The position numbers were made by a program, and so were the translations under genes. Below the pieces are notes generated by a model that was not told where the DNA came from, searched no databases, and worked only from the letters and a program-made list of their open reading frames with translations. A stretch of 53,571 nt of DNA from Octopus bimaculoides. Its lineage: Eukaryota. Position 1 is the stretch's first letter. Every line of letters begins with the position of its first letter. The stretch covers positions 25,342,074 through 25,395,644 of the forward strand of contig NC_069001.1 in the NCBI RefSeq assembly GCF_001194135.2, read 5' to 3'. Shown here one piece after another: positions 11,911 through 24,485 of the stretch.

Positions 11911-12209
11911 TTGCCAAATAAACCCGCACACTTTATATTCGTTCTTCACTCGTTTATTACTGTCCGTATTCTAATACTTGTCCATTGTCCGGAAATCTTT
12001 CGGTACACTTCTGTGATCATTCCATTATTCCATTCTGTTCTAGAAGACCAGACTGGAATAAGCAGAGCAAGAGCACACAAGAAGATGGAAAGATCACGGT
12101 GGTGGTCACAGCTGTGTGACGAAAGATTTCCGGACAATGAACGTGAGTTAGAATAAAAACAGCAATATACGAGTGAAGAACAAATATATAGTGTGTGTTT
12201 ATTTGGCAA
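11911..12209. mobile_element. Foldback element / MITE with about 100-bp imperfect inverted repeats
   Basis: ttgccaaataaac...cattgtccggaaatctttcg is mirrored by cgaaagatttccggacaatg...gtttatttggcaa, including a perfect 20-bp inverted match. Confidence 0.75.
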
Positions 12210-12227
12210 AAAAAAGGAAAGAAAATG

Positions 12228-12430
12228 ACTCTTTTACTCTTTTACCTTGTTTCAGTCATTTGACTGCGGCCATGCTGGAGCACCGCCTTTAGTCTAGCAA
12301 ATCGACCCCAGGTCTTATACTTTGTAAGCCTAGTACTTATTCTATCGGCCTCTTTTGCCGAACCGCTATGTCACGGGGACGTAAACACACCAGCAGCGGT
12401 TGTCAAGTGATGTTAGGGGGTCAAACACAC
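12228..12430 (-). mobile_element. SINE family B, 3' half
   Basis: ctcttttactc tail repeat, tttcagtcatttgactgcggccatgctggagcaccgcc motif, runs into the internal CA/TA microsatellite. Confidence 0.88.
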
Positions 12431-13897
12431 ACACACATATAAAAATGTATATACACACACATATAAATATATATATACATACACACACACGCATATATAC
12501 ATACATAGATATATATACACACACACACGCATATATATTCGTCCTATATGTTTAATTTGTGACTGGACTGAAGCACTGAAGTTTTTAATATTTTAAAATT
12601 TTTCACTATTCCCTGGTTTTGCTTGTGAATAGATTGTTTATGCCGATGTAAATTTCATACATTTTCTATAAAGAAGCAAATTAGTTATGACAATGTTGCT
12701 GCACCTGATAAAAATCATCATTGACTCGTCTATTTTTGATTCGTTCGATTACCTTCAGTTTACAATCATTTTTCTTTTTTTTTCAAGTATAGTGTCATTC
12801 TGCGTTAATTTTGGAACGTATTTTGTTGCTAATAATGCTTCTAGGCTTAATTTTTTTTACGAAAGAGGGAAAATACAAAGGATACGTGTATAATGGATTA
12901 ATAGCATAAGAAATGGGTAAGTATGGAAATATAAAGCTCTCCTTGTGTATGTGTGTGTGTTTGTATCTGTGTATTTCTGAATACATATATTGATAGATAA
13001 ATGGACAGTTTTTCTGTCTATTGCTTGTAGGCAAAGTCTGTTGCAAATAATCAAAAACGAAGAATTTTCCAGCTTACTTAGCACAATTTTCTTTTAAGAT
13101 TGTCTGCCTTACAATATCCGTGCTTAAGTGCAAATCCAACTTAGCACAAATAACTATATAACAACAGATTCACTATAGATTACTTAACAAATGTGTATCT
13201 ATCCACGTGAATAATATTCAAAGAACAGTTTAAAGCGTTTGACTCTGCCCTACATTAGATTTATCCCCTTTTCTCTCTCTCTCTCTCTGTGTATATATAT
13301 AAAGAAAGACAGAGAGAGAGAGGTGAGAGACAAAACGAACGACTTGTTTGCTTGTATATGCCTGCACGTATGTATAAGCGTAAATATTTCGTTGGGCGAA
13401 ATCAAACGCTATAAACGGTTCTTTAAATGTTATGCACATGGATAGATCTAAATTTGCTAAATATTTGATGTAGATTCTATTGTTATGTTAGTGTGTGTGT
13501 GTGTGTATTCAGTTACTTGCTAAATGCAAACTTTTATTACTGGAATGTTTCTGTAATTATAAACGTTCTTCACTCTAATTTCAAATTCGCGGCTCCGTAG
13601 AACGAAGGTTCAAGACTGTTAAGTCTTCAAGTGGCAATCATTTCCATCATTCCGTCTATGTTTAACTACACATTTCCGCAGCGTCGATCCACTTTGGAAA
13701 AATAGCAACCCAAAAAAGGGATGTTTGATTATCTGCTCTTCAGTGGCGTCTCTAAAAATACGAGCGAGGCATCACTTGCCTGTTGCTTACATTGTCTTCA
13801 AGAACTGGGGAAATAATAGGTTAATAAGGAACAACAAATTTTGCTTTAAGTGTTCTAGTTTATTGCAATTTTATGACTTAAATCATCAAACTCAGTC

Positions 13898-14052
13898 CAG
13901 TCGTTTTACTATCGCCAAGCTGGGGCACCGTCCCGAAGGACTTTTAGTCGAAGATAATCAATTGTAGACCTATGTGTCGTTTTAATCCTACTACTAATTC
14001 TATCGGTCACTTTTGCTGAACTGCTAATTTACAGGACGGGACGGGAGGCAAA
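13898..14052 (-). mobile_element. SINE family B, degenerate 3' half
   Basis: ccaagctggggcaccg and ttctatcggtcacttttgctgaactgctaa resemble 12228-12430. Confidence 0.6.
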
Positions 14053-14104
14053 CACACACACACACACACGCACATATACACTCACATACAGACATGCATA
14101 TATA

Positions 14105-14292
14105 TTTTTTATTCTTTTAAAGTTTCAGTCATTTCACTGCAGCCATGCTGGAGCACCGCCTTTAGTTGAACAAATCGACCCAACGACATATTGTTAAGCT
14201 TATCACTTAATTTTTTCGGGGACGCAAACATACCAACACCTGTTGTAAATCGTTGATGGGAGGTCAAACACAGCCACAAATACACACACACG

Positions 14293-14335
<43 letters not shown>

Positions 14336-14503
14336 GTATGTGTGACGGATTTCTTTCTCTCTAACAAATCCACTGTCATGGCATTGGTCGGGCCGATGCT
14401 ATAGTAGAATACCACTGGTCACATGATACCACGCTGTGGGACTGAATCCGGAGCCATGTCATTGGGAAGCTAGCTTCTTATCTCAAAGCTACGCTTGTGC
14501 CTA
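14105..14503 (-). mobile_element. Full-length SINE family B (tRNA head, internal microsatellite, 3' half)
   Basis: tRNA-like head at 14503-14420 (ggattcagtcccac B-box region), internal (CA/TA)n 14280-14345, 3' half with ccatgctggagcaccgcc. Confidence 0.82.
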
Positions 14504-15214
14504 TATCTCTCTATCTACCGTATGTACGACATTTATGCGAATTGTTATTGCACTTTTCATGCTGCTTGAGTATTCAACTATCGGTAACAATTTCACATTG
14601 GTAAGTGATGAATGACACGTATTGAAATCTAATTTTATTGTTTTCAAGATGTCTCAGCTCTCGAAAAGTATAGAAATGTTATCAAGTGAGCGGGAATATT
14701 CATCCGATTATTACACGCTGCTATTAATCTTTCACATGGCAGCGAAATGGTCGAATTATTAAATCGTCGAAAAAAGCATTTGTGGCATTCCCTCCCGTTT
14801 CCATCTTTCTGGAATGTCGCGAACAGAGACGAGAGAATTATTTTATTATATTTAAAAATTTAATCGGTTCACAGTTTAAAGGGATTTTCAAAAGTAAAGA
14901 TAGAATTGTATAACCCCTTGTTTTACTTCAACGCAATTTCAGTTGCTACGCCGAGCGTTCTATTCCAGAGACACGTACTCCTTCATAGTAATTCTCAGTT
15001 TGAAAAGACTACACATATATGAATTGCATGTGCAACGTTTTCTCTATACTTCCATGTAATTTCCTGGTTCTAATTTCATGAATAGGGTTTCACTTTGTCC
15101 GTGGTTATTTTAAAACTATTTGTTATCAGTGTCGCACTTGTCAGTGCATTTTCGTTTTCCTTATACGTAAATACATTCAAACATACGTATATATTCCTGT
15201 GTGATTCAATAGAT

Positions 15215-15356
<142 letters not shown>

Positions 15357-15552
15357 GCCAACAGAATGTGCCAGTCTTATAAAAGACGATGTTGCATCTA
15401 GAGATGGGGGCGATGACCTCCCTTGCAAATGCTATACGGACACAAACTGTGGATGTTTTCCTGGGGCTAGGACAACAGTAACATCGTCCTCTATATGGCA
15501 CATTCCGTTGGCGTTTAAGAATCACAATCCTGTACTGATATAAAACAAGTTG

Positions 15553-15583
<31 letters not shown>

Positions 15584-15691
15584 GTATATAACATATTAAG
15601 GTATGCCTACATCTATATATGTATATAAATATATCAGTGTGTGATTGTGTGTGTGTGTCTGTGTGTGAATGAGTGTGCGTGTGATTTTGAT

Positions 15692-15735
15692 CAGCTGTCT
15701 GATGGACGATTACGTGAAACTCTTACTAACAACTG
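15692..15735 (+). ncRNA. Degenerate hammerhead-like motif, same repeat family as 3783-3838
   Basis: cagctgt / acaactg stem I, core CTGATGG, stem II ACG-ATTA-CGT, GAAACTC; downstream gcattctactacacctttgttatttgagta is homologous to gcatattactctacctctggtatttgagta after the 3783 copy. Confidence 0.6.
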
Positions 15736-17005
15736 GAATTTTTTCTTCGGCCTCAATATAACCGCATTCTACTACACCTTTGTTATTTGAGTAGTATCTT
15801 TTAAAATTTAGTCTGCACCTACGCTATTCCTTGGGAGAGAGAGAGAGAGAGAAAAAGTGAGGGCGCCTCGGTAACTCCATGGCTATGCATGTATCCTTAA
15901 AATGTGCTGGCAATCCATTTCAACTGTCAATGTAATAAATTGGAAAGGGTTCCCGTTAGTAATACACGTTTTAGGATGTAACCGTTTCATCTATTCATTG
16001 TTTGCAAGGGTATGTTATGCCCTTATGTATGTTCCGTCGACTTGTATTCTTGCGAGACCTGCGTTGTTGAAATATACACTGATATCAATTCTCTACGCAA
16101 GATCACGCTTCATTAATACTTCATTCTTACTTCAGCTTCTGCAAAATATTTTTAGCTTAGAACAATAATATTTCTAGATCATTCGACTTATATAGACGCT
16201 CTCACACTTATATCCTGGATTAATTTATAGTAAGCGTCCAACATTATGGCGTTTTAATAGTAGGCAAAAACTGATATGTTACTGACGATAACATTGCTGC
16301 AGGATTATATATTATGGATGAACATTTTTATCAAAGTATTGATTAAACCAAAGCTGAAACAAATATTTATTACATCCATGCACAATCTGTTAGCTTCCTT
16401 ATGCTGCAAAAATACAAGAATTCTAAAATTGCGAATCAATACATATCCCTAAGAATTTAAACCAAATAACATAGTACAGATGTCCAATATTATATTCAAA
16501 TATTACTGCAAAGAGGAAAGCTGGATATAAAGCATATATCAAAACTACATCTGTTACCTCGAACCTTAATTCGCCTACTGACCATTCTTTCCAAAATGGA
16601 ACTGTGGTCGTATGTTACACCACACAAAAACTCAAGAACATCGGAATAGTATGGGATTATAAACACAACCATCCCATCTAATATGCAGTCTCTTTTCTGC
16701 TTGGAATTGCATGCATTGACGAAAGCAATCTATAAAACTGGGCATACATATTTTTTTGAAAAAAAATGAACGACTACCTGATATTCGCAGAATTACACGT
16801 GTATGTTTGCAAAGATATGTACTTTGAGCTGCAGATTCGGAAAACAATCACTTCGTACGTACGTGTACGCATGCATGTTCATTTCTTCATGTGTTTATAT
16901 GTGCAATGTAGAAATATACATTAAACACACGCAACGCACACATATATTTGTGTGTGTATATATGTACGTATATGTATGCGCATATATTGTTGTACCACTT
17001 TATGA

Positions 17006-17036
<31 letters not shown>

Positions 17037-17225
17037 ATCATAATAAACTACAAATTTTTCTCTAAAGCGGATGGCGATATTTATGGCACACATAGAATTG
17101 CTAATCCCTGTATATTTATGATGATAAATAGTTTTACCGATAAAGGTTTTTTTCATACTGAACTACTTGGCAAAATTGTTAATTATTAATTCTATTATTA
17201 ATTGACGATTCCCTGCCCTTATTCT

Positions 17226-17266
<41 letters not shown>

Positions 17267-17290
17267 GTAAACAAACCTGAAAGGTTTCTC

Positions 17291-17446
17291 GAAATTTGTT
17301 GGGAGGGGCCAGTCGATTAGATCGACCCTAATACGTAATTGGTACATAATTTGTCGACCTCGGCAGGATTTGAACTCAGAACCTAAAGACAGACGGAATA
17401 CTGCTCAGCACTTCGCCCGGCGTCCTAACGTTTCTGCCGCTCACCT
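17291..17446 (-). mobile_element. SINE family A with internal deletion
   Basis: Family motifs agtcgattagatcgaccc and gtcgacctcggcaggatttgaactcaga. Confidence 0.85.
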
Positions 17447-18520
17447 CATTTTTACAAGTATTATATGTAGTATTACGCAGTTAAAGTATATATTCATAGA
17501 ATTTGGCTCAAATTAATGGATGAGCGGTTGGCACAATAGGAAAACGAATGCGTGGAGCCATGTAAGCGTTAACATGTGGGTTCGCTTCTGGTTAGGGTTA
17601 GCACATCATTTTTCAGTCAATTATTTTTATAACATATCGCTTTAAATCCGAAAATATATACTATCATTATGATATATTATTTTATCGTTATGTATGTATA
17701 TATATGTATATATATATATATACTCAGGCACACACATGAATTCACATACTTACTTACATATATATCTATTAGAAACAGGAACGTCCTCTATTGACAAATC
17801 TAGAAATAAAACTGTATAATGACATACATACATATCACTTATCCCTTTGCTTCTGATGTAAATGAGTATGGCGTGATAGCATGAAAGGAATATTTTATCA
17901 AATTTTCAGGAAAATCCCATTCATGTTTCGATCTTCTGTGGAATCGTATGCTAAATATGCTGTTGTCACCTCTTTGATCACAAATATTACAGAATATCTT
18001 TGACGTATCTAGCGTAGTGAAACTGTTTCAAGACTTTTCTCTCTATCTAGTTGACTTGTTTCATTCAACAATATACCATTCTCTCATTAATGTATCAGCC
18101 ATTGTTTTAATGGTCAGACGATCTTTTATTTCCTGCAGTGTTAATCGGAATGCCCGATTTATTGAAAACCGTGCTGATAGCCTTTATATAACAACTTTCG
18201 TTCGCCCAGTTTCATGGAATCCCCATTTCAGCTTGTTTCCCATCCCAAGTATATATGCATATATAATTGATTTTATATATGATTGTGGGTAATGGGATAT
18301 AATATATATATGCGTAGGTGTCTGTGTCTCTATGTATACCCTTATCACAATTCTCAAAGAAATTTAGAGTCATACAGAATGTGACATGACTTGTCTTCGA
18401 AATACAGGTATGACAATTGTGTATGCGTATTGCTGGTACATGTGTATGCATATTTTTGATTCTTCTTGCCCGTGGTCTTATTTCCGGAAAGAGTCATTTT
18501 AAGTCGCTTATTACGAACAA

Positions 18521-18673
18521 AATTCTACCATGTCGAATTTGCATTTCATCCTTTCAGGTTCGATAAAATACGTACCAGTTACGCACTGAGGTCGATGTAA
18601 TCAATAATCCATTTGTCTGTCCTTGTTTTGTCTCCTCTATGTTTAACCCCCAGTGGACAATAAAGAAATAAAT
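18521..18673 (+). mobile_element. SINE family A, 5'-truncated, alternative tail
   Basis: tttgcatttcatcctttcaggttcgataaaatacgtaccag core; tail atccatttgtctgtccttg...aataaagaaataa. Confidence 0.75.
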
Positions 18674-19095
18674 ATATATTGTACATTTATTTCTAATACT
18701 TGCTTTAAATTATATCACAAGATTCCGCACTCTATTGGTACTTCTGTTCTGAACCCCAAATAATGAATGGTAATGATGACTAAGGTGATATTTTAATTGA
18801 GAATGTAAAGAGCCTGGATAAATTATTATGTCTGAGTCTGTAACACTTGTATCAGCTTGCCACCAGATCTATCCTTGATAATGCAGTATATTATGAAGAT
18901 AAAATATATAACTCCTAGCTCGTGAATACTGGTTGTCATTCAACCTGTTCCCCATTAGCTATTGACAATTCATGAAATGGCAAAGTTTTAGAAACTCTAG
19001 TTCATTTCATTTTGCGTGCCTGCATTTCTCCTGCTTTGTCTCTCACTTTTTTCTTCCTTTCAAATTTGAGTTTCAGCTTAATGAAGAATACTCTG

Positions 19096-19292
19096 AGGCA
19101 GCGAGCTGGCAGAATTTTTAGTATGCCGGGCAAAAGAGCTTGCAGCGCTTCTTCCGGTTTTATGATCTTAGTTCATAAACATTTCATCCATGCGGAGTCG
19201 ACAAAATAAGCACCAGTTGAGGAATGGGTTCATGGCATTGACTTCCACTTCCACTAGAATTGTTGCTCATGTGTCGAAATTTGAAGCCAATA
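19096..19292 (+). mobile_element. SINE family A, degenerate
   Basis: aggcagcgagctggcagaa head, gtcgacaaaataagcaccag core, aatttgaagccaata tail. Confidence 0.7.
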
Positions 19293-19716
19293 TAAAAAGA
19301 AATACTTTTCATTTATTTTTTTTCTTAATTCGAATTCTGGATAAATTGATTTCTTGCTTGAATTGTTGAGATGTATTTCAAAGATTCAAGCCACAAAACA
19401 ATTCTTTTATTTGTTTTACCTACAACATAATTCCAAGACACCTTGGTATACGAAAAGGTGTTCTATATTGTGTTAGAAAATGTCTTATAATACAATTATT
19501 TGTTGCAACTTTCTGTCTGATACAAACATCATGAAATGTCATAGCCTTAACGCTGTTATCTACAAGTAAGAATGAATTTTTATTTTCAAAATACAGTATC
19601 GCCATGTTGGATTGAATTCCGTAATGGAATTTGGTACTCTGTGTTGAAACATGTCACCTAATATGTTATTGCCTGCTTTAAAAACATAATTAAATAATAA
19701 AAAAAAATAACTGATT

Positions 19717-19912
19717 CTAATATTCGTTTCAAATTTTAGCACAAGTAAATCCGGGAGTTGGGATAAGTCACTTAAATTGACCGCAGTGCTCAAACAGTGC
19801 TTAATCTATCGACCTCTGCCACACCACGTCGACCTCCGTGGAATTTGGATTCAGAAGCTAAAGAAGCACAAATACTGCTAAACATCGTATTCAGCGTGCT
19901 AACGATCCTGAT
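19717..19912 (-). mobile_element. SINE family A, degenerate
   Basis: gtcgacctccgtggaatttggattcaga and cgtgctaacgat motifs. Confidence 0.7.
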
Positions 19913-20289
19913 TTCTCTAATGAGGCACAAGGCCTCATTAGAGAATGGGCAAAACAAAAACAGAGAAAACAATACATTTGGGTGCATAGAAAAACATATC
20001 GAATGAAATGGCTTTCCTACCCACCAATGCAGGTAATTCAATTTTACTGTTTACGTATCACATATTAACATTACAGTTCGTTATTCTTATTTTGCATGGT
20101 TTTTTGGTTTTAGAAGTCATTATTTTGAAATTTTGAATATTTCACTTATATTTCATAGTAAATATTGTATATCTTCAAATGCCACCGATGGTGGCATCTC
20201 GTAGTATCAAACCTGTAACGGTGATATTTCATTTTTTTTCCCCAAATAATTCCTTTAACCTTTCACATTTGTCTCTCTCGAGCAAGACC

Positions 20290-20986
20290 GCCCTGTCGTC
20301 CTCGGTACACTCCCTCCCTGATAACTTGGTTTAATTACATTTTTCATTTTTGCAATCCTTCTCTCGAAAGACTCTTTTTATAGGTTATCATCCTTCGGAT
20401 GTGTCTTCCTTTTGGTACCAACTCCCGTTTTCCGTCGTTATTCTCTCCTCATGTTCCTGGTATTGGTGTCTCATCCTTCTCTCTATCTCTCTTACACTTT
20501 CTTTGTGACTATCTCTATTCTCTCTTCCTTTCCTCTCTGTGCACTTCTTTCCTTCTCCGTAATTTTCTTTTCTTGTATCTCTGATCATTCGCGTTGATTC
20601 TGCTATATATTTTCTTTTATCTTTCTGTTGACTTTTGAGTGGTGAATTAATGTTTTCTTTTCATTTCTTGTCTTTTTCCAACTCTATACTTTTCTCCTAC
20701 ATTTTCTATCTTTTCGCTTACTTGCATTTGTACCCCCGCTCTTTGTTCATCTACCTTTTCCTGCTTCTCTTGTTCTATTTCCTTTTCTTGTTGCTGGGGA
20801 CACCTTGATTTCATGTGTCCCCTTATTCCGCAAAGAAAACATAACGGCGGTCTTCCTTCCACCACTGTCCTCAACCTTGCTTCGTTCGGCACTATCAGTT
20901 CCTCCGCAATCTTGTGGAGGTCTGGCAAGCTTATATGGACCAACACCTCCAGTGCATACCGCCCTCACTTCAGCTCCGTTGTTCTT
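20290..20986 (-). pseudogene. Remnant of a retrotransposon gag-like ORF1 with CCHC zinc knuckle
   Basis: Minus ORF ...VVEGRPPLCFLCGIRGHMKSRCP (CX2CX4HX4C) followed by a charged low-complexity region with stops/frameshifts. Confidence 0.75.
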
Positions 20987-21087
20987 GATGAAAGGCGATA
21001 TCGACTTCAGTGGAATTTGAGCACAGACGGATGAAATGATGCTTAACATTTTGTCAGGCGTGCTAACGATTGTCCCAGATCGCTGCC
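20987..21087 (-). mobile_element. SINE family A, 5' half only
   Basis: Reverse complement ggcagcgatctgggacaatcgttagcacgcc...caaattccactgaagtcgatatcgcctttcatc, ending directly at the ORF1 remnant. Confidence 0.8.
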
Positions 21088-22010
21088 TTTAGTTACTTTT
21101 AATATTACAAAAATAAATAAATAAAATAATAATAAATAATAATAAAAAATAATTCTTTCCTGAAGCACACGTACCATTTTTTCTAAATGTTCCATTACAT
21201 GTTCGTTTTACTCAATGATTATAACAATTTTTTACTATAAAAATACAAAGCAATTTTAATACAAAATAGCATACAATTCACGCTGACTCTATAGGCACAC
21301 TAATACATAGTTATCCATAGTGCAGAGATCATCTTGGTGTAAGTGCACATGTGCTACATAGAAAAAAAACAATAATGAATTTAAAAGTAAACTGGAATGA
21401 CGGTGCTTCTCGGAAACTGCCAAACGGAATATTTTAATGTCAGATCTCTTGTAATGTGTTACAAATGTTCCAACCTTATGAAAAACATGAAGATGCAGAT
21501 TTGAGTTTAGTGCTGTGCGTATATCGGATCTAGGAAAAGCTTTGAAAATGCTCTAAAATTATGCAAATACTATTCTCTTTACATCGCAACACATTTTGGA
21601 ATGGAACAGTTAGGGCAAATAATAAAATAACCAATGCAAGTACGTTTGCCAACGACATTAATATTGACGATGTGGAATAGGAAAACTGGTAATACTTATA
21701 TGAGAATCTCAGAAAAATTCAACCTCAATTACTATCCGGGATGAAATTAACAATAAATAAGTAATCCTGTCAGATAGACTACCTGTAATTCCAAATGCAA
21801 ATGTACACCTGTAAAATTACATTTCAGATGAATGCTAACGAGCATTCCAAGTGCATTACGGGAAGCACAGTATAACGTGTATAAGTAAAATGCAGAAGCA
21901 TTACTGGAACTAGGAGTGGGGGTATAGTTGGCAGTAGGAGTTCTAATTTAGTAAATATTGGAATACAAAACAGGAAACACATAAGTTTATTGTACTTGAA
22001 TGTATTAAAC

Positions 22011-22375
22011 AAGTGGTTATCAAGCAGGGTCCATACGGTCCCTTAGGGTATAAATAAGCTGTTTGGCTATCGATACAACAAAATAGTAAATTGGGGAACC
22101 ACAATTGTATTTTAAGGGTCCCTGAAAAATTATGTTTTACATGTATGTATTGGTATGCATTGCAAGAGACGACTAGGTTTCTTTCTCTAACATTTTACAT
22201 AGTTCAACCTATACAAGTCGATGTGTAAAAATGAAAATAGGGAATTTTGAAAGAAGTTTCTATAAAAGTAGTTTTTAGACATCGAATAGCTACGGGAGCG
22301 TCCACCAGAACAAAATGGTAATCGAAAGGGCCCATACAAAAAAAAGAAAAAGAAAAGAACGGTTTGAGACAAACT
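22011..22375. mobile_element. Putative hAT-type MITE
   Basis: Ends aagtggttatcaagc and ggtttgagacaaact resemble the CAGTGGTTCTCAAC/GTTGAGAACCACTG TIR pattern; degraded. Confidence 0.45.
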
Positions 22376-24485
22376 TATTACACCATAAAAAGAGGCAATG
22401 TGAGTATCGTATTATAAATCACTTCCTGAATCGAAACTAATCGTTTTGCATACGAAATTACAAATTCGATCTAAACTTCAGCATGTATTGCCTAAGTACT
22501 GAAGAAGTGTGGTTATATCCACGATAAATACACTTTCTGCAGACAGACAGACATAAATGCGTGTGTGCGTGTGTTTGTGTGTATTTCTATTAGTATCACT
22601 ATCGTGAATGCGTATTTGTGTATTAGTTTTACAATATATTTGTTTTACCCGAATGGGTAAATACAAAGCGTGTATTTACGTATATATATATATATATTGA
22701 AGGTTACACTTTTAATATCAAAGATCCCTATGGATCACACAGGTAATCCTTTGAAACATATGTAGGAATAAAGTATGCAATTATAACATGCGTTTTCTCC
22801 AATCCTTAAATTCTTAAATATACTCAAATACCCAAGATTTCAAGGAGTTCCTGCCTTAAAAACAGGAGCTAACCACAGTTATTTTGTGTTCTTTGCTACA
22901 TTGGTTTCTATTAACCCATTTATTCTATCAGAAGAATTTTTAGTCATTAAGATAGAAATACANNNNNNNNNNATATATACATATATATATACATATATAT
23001 ATATATATATTAGTAAAATTTTATTGTAATTACTTCAAACATTCTTCAGATACTGCTTAAATTGCTTAAATACGTAGTGAAAGATATGTATATATATATC
23101 TACGTACACATACACACACGTACATACATACATACATACGTACATATTTACATGTAGGATATGTATATATACACGTATACATGAATATATATATATATAT
23201 AGGGCTTTTCAGAACTGAAACGAGGTGCCTTTAAAAACCTATTCATAATATTTCTTTGTTTTTGTTTTCTTGTCGGAGTTGGCAATATGAGTTTGCTCAA
23301 ATATTAGTTTTTTTCATTCTTTTATTTAATATCGGTTTTAAGTAGTTAATGTTCAGTTATTTCTGCATGTTGATTTCAATACATGAAACTGTTCGAAATT
23401 AAATTTTCCAGTTATGCGCATTTTGGATATAAATTAGCTTCACCCTTTAGAATCATATGAAAACAATAGAAATCTTTGACGCTATATCTTTCTTTTGTCT
23501 GCTTCGGCGTGTATACCCGTTGGCATGTCTGTGATATTGTGCATGAAATAAATGACCGGCATATGTGTTGCTTCGAAGTGATTCCCTATTTGGAAGTGTA
23601 TTTGAGAGTCTTTGGCATGCCTGCAAATGTGTGTATGTGTATGCGCGTGAGTGTGTTTGAGTGTGTGTGTGTGTGTGTGTTTTGATATTTATATAAGTAT
23701 TTGTGTATGCTTGTGTATTTGGATGTTTTTACAAGCGTAGTAAATTTTAAATTTTATGTCAAAATCAGGTGGAAGGGGAACATGCATTGGGGAACTCATG
23801 TGCAATATTGTTGTGGCCCTTTGAAAATATTGAAAGCTATAATATAATACAAATAAGAGTAACAAGTATCAAAACTAATAGTAATCTAAGGATTAAGGTG
23901 AAAATGAATCTCATCATGAGGAACAGTAAGAAGAGAGAAATTGGAGATGGAATAAATGGAGGAAAAATCAGAATATGTTCTTTCTTAAGTGCTATAAGAA
24001 TCTTTCCATTTTAACGTTTTCTGGCCTAAATACCATCTACTTACTATAGTATTACAGGGGAAAAAGAAAAGAATACGTGTACAAACGTATTGCAAAACAT
24101 AGATAACAGCAAAACATTACACTATCAGTCAAAGTAGGTATCAGCAGACGGTAAACGATATATTAAAACAACACGTTATCCGTTGACTTGTTGGGAATGT
24201 AACGTACATAAATAATTACATATATATTATNNNNNNNNNNNNNNNNNNNNNNNNNNNNNNNNNNNNNNNNNNNNNNNNNNNNNNNNNNNNNNNNNNNNNN
24301 NNNNNNNNNNNNNNNNNNNNNNNNNNNNNNTATATATATATATATATATAATACACAGACACCACAGAAAGAAATAAACTCGCCATAAAACATCGTTTTA
24401 TATTTATTCTAACTCCTAATACTTTGTTGCTTATTAATTGACATGTTTATGTTTCACGTTCTATATGCCACTGTTTAATCATGTA

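Noticed and set aside
12043-12142. Apparent exon EDQTGISRARAHKKMERSRWWSQLCDERFPDNE with AG/GTGAGT sites
   Set aside because: It lies inside the foldback element and overlaps its inverted-repeat arm.
13600-13770. Minus-strand IIKHPFF resembling a kinase C-terminal motif
   Set aside because: Too short; flanking residues do not fit a kinase and no other kinase exons were seen.
15695-15790. Apparent terminal exon LSDGRLRETLTNNWNFFFG...
   Set aside because: Better explained as a copy of the hammerhead-bearing repeat also found at 3783.
20179-20197. GC-rich hairpin atgccacc-gat-ggtggcat
   Set aside because: An 8-bp stem alone cannot be assigned a function; probably part of a repeat end.
21640-21740. 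FANDI-like string suggesting a reverse transcriptase YADD motif
   Set aside because: Too degenerate; no supporting RT motifs in frame.
22499-22545. CTGAAGA...GTGG/CCAC...GATA hammerhead-like string; similar partial strings near 1850, 2930, 6735, 27708 and 48137
   Set aside because: GAAA, spacing or stem I is missing, so the fold cannot be closed.
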